DNA of 64,000 bases. Source: Podarcis erhardii (lineage: Eukaryota). A program made the translations under genes and the position numbers. The stretch lies in assembly GCA_964252035.1 (NCBI GenBank), contig OZ176204.1. One strand, written 5' to 3'. Position 1 is the first letter of the stretch; the number at the start of each line of letters is the position of its first letter. Shown piece by piece: positions 62,342 to 64,000 of the stretch. The notes beneath the pieces are model-generated. The model ran no database searches. It saw nothing but the letters and a program-made list of their open reading frames with translations, and was not told the DNA's origin.

Positions 62342-62552
62342 CAGAGCTTTCCAAACTGTGTGTCACAACACGCTAGTGTGTTGGCTGCAGTGTGTAGGTA
62401 TGTTGCGTGTCCTCGGACTGGAAAGGGGTTAGTTTAACCTCCAGTTTGCTAGTAAAACTGAATTACTGTGTTGAGAAATGATGCAAAACTGAATTACTGT
62501 GTCATGAAATGATGCATGTCTAAAAAGTATGTCACCAACATTAAAAGCTCTG
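62342..62552. mobile_element. 211-bp hAT-type MITE
   Basis: Termini CAGAGCTTT / AAAGCTCTG; identical 8-bp TSD CTTTAAAC (62334-62341 and 62553-62560). Confidence 0.85.
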
Positions 62553-63498
62553 CTTTAAACAAATATGAAGACAGGATCAGAGGAATCAGGCCTTTGGCTG
62601 ATTTATATTCTACAGCCTTTTAAATGTGTTTGTGGGAAGGGGCGGGGTTATAGTTTTAACTATTTACTTGTGTTTTTACCTTGTCTTTTATGATGTGAAC
62701 CTCCCAGAGATTTTGTGATGAAGGGCGGTATATAAAATGAATGAATGGGAATCAAGCCCTACATCCAATAATTCACTATCAGCAGGTGAGTTTGGAATTT
62801 TCACAGGAAGTCTAATCAGATTCCCAAATCAGTAACAGGCCATAACGCTAAACTTGTACATATTTCTGCATGGAAGGGTCTGAAAGGTAAACTCAAAAGT
62901 AGTTCCACAATAAGGATTAGGAGGTGATGGCAGTTAACACTGTACGAAGTACTTGTACATAAATCCGCTGGCTAACGCAGATGGTAATGTTTAACTATCA
63001 TGGACATAGCACTAATTTTAACAACATGCTATCTATTCAACACACCACTTCAAAAATTGGCAGCATCTCATTTTTTTCCTCTCTCTGAGCAAAGTCTACT
63101 TCCTAGCCAGTGAATGATGCTGATACAGTGCCAACTGTGGAAATACTACACTTAATCCAGACCATCCTATTCTTATTATTAGGGTGCTGTTGTTTTAAGT
63201 TAACACAGATCTTAGTATTTTGGATATGTGGGATGCCTCATTCATTCAAAATGACAGATGATAAGTCACTGGCTTCCCTACCCATTCTCCCTACTACCTG
63301 ACTGTGGATATTGCTATAAGGAATTTTACCCACAATTGTGATTGGCTCTGCATTGCAGGCTGTGGGCTTTTTTCCTCCTCTATGCATGGCTATGATTTGT
63401 TCTTTAACAATAATAGAGTAAATCGCTCTATGATTTTGGTCCCATTATACTGTTTTAACTTTATTCCTTACAAGGAAGGTATTGGGAAAAATATATAT

Positions 63499-63665
63499 CT
63501 GTGTGCTGCGCTGGCTCGCCAGATGCAGCTTGTCACGCTGGCCACGTGACCCGGAAGTGTCTTCAGACAGCGCTGGCCCCCAGCCTCTTAAGCGAGATGG
63601 GCGCGCAACCCCAGAGTCGGACACGACTGGCCCGTACGGGCAGGGGTACCTTTACCTTTACCTTT
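63499..63665 (+). mobile_element. 5'-truncated Sauria-type SINE
   Basis: Highly similar to the 3' half of 47029-47336; (ACCTTT)n tail. Confidence 0.9.
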
Positions 63666-64000
63666 TTTAAGTTGGGGTGCAAAACCTCGTCCCCAATGGA
63701 GATCCTCTTAAGCTATCCTGCCATTTTGCTTCTTAGTCCAGGTCCAGCTCAGGGTCTGGCATGCCAGCTATATCTCCAGGTTCACAGGTTGCTTATAGAG
63801 GAGTGGACCCAATATGCCAGGCGTTCTTATCGGCACTGTGCTAGTAAGGGGGTAGGGGTTGCATTTGCCAGCAGGTAGGGTGCCTGATGGCGGAATCCTT
63901 GCACTGCCAAACTCAATGAGCTGCAATAAACTTAACTGTTTATCCTATGTGTAGTCTTTGCTCCTGGAAAATGAACTCTATTGTGCTGGCACAATAAAAT

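Overview
Vertebrate (squamate, probably lacertid lizard, inferred from Sauria-type SINEs and the MITE/L2/CR1 families) genomic DNA with one 145-nt assembly gap. Two intron-containing genes lie on the minus strand. (1) PDCD4: I traced 11 coding exons by hand (11058 down to 990; 1407 nt = 468 aa + stop, all GT-AG, phases consistent), a probable non-coding exon 1 in a CpG island near 15.5 kb, and a 3'UTR with the miR-21 8mer site that probably runs off the left edge. (2) RBM20: exons 2-14 (56679 down to 31953; 3523 coding nt in frame), exon 1 beyond the right edge. This is the conserved RBM20-PDCD4 gene order. Introns and the intergenic interval hold L2 and CR1 fragments, SINEs, hAT and Tc1/pogo MITEs with clear TSDs, and microsatellites. 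There are no prokaryotic systems and no CRISPR array. I found no clearly new biological system. The best unexplained signal is a gene-less CpG-rich island at about 19.0-21.3 kb with four CCAAT boxes at about 30-bp spacing, consensus splice donors, and a 10-mer plus 12-mer shared exactly with the PDCD4 promoter. Secondary leads are a CRE/TATA module in RBM20 intron 13 and a consensus cryptic donor inside RBM20 exon 8. Comparisons with human genes are from memory, not from a search.
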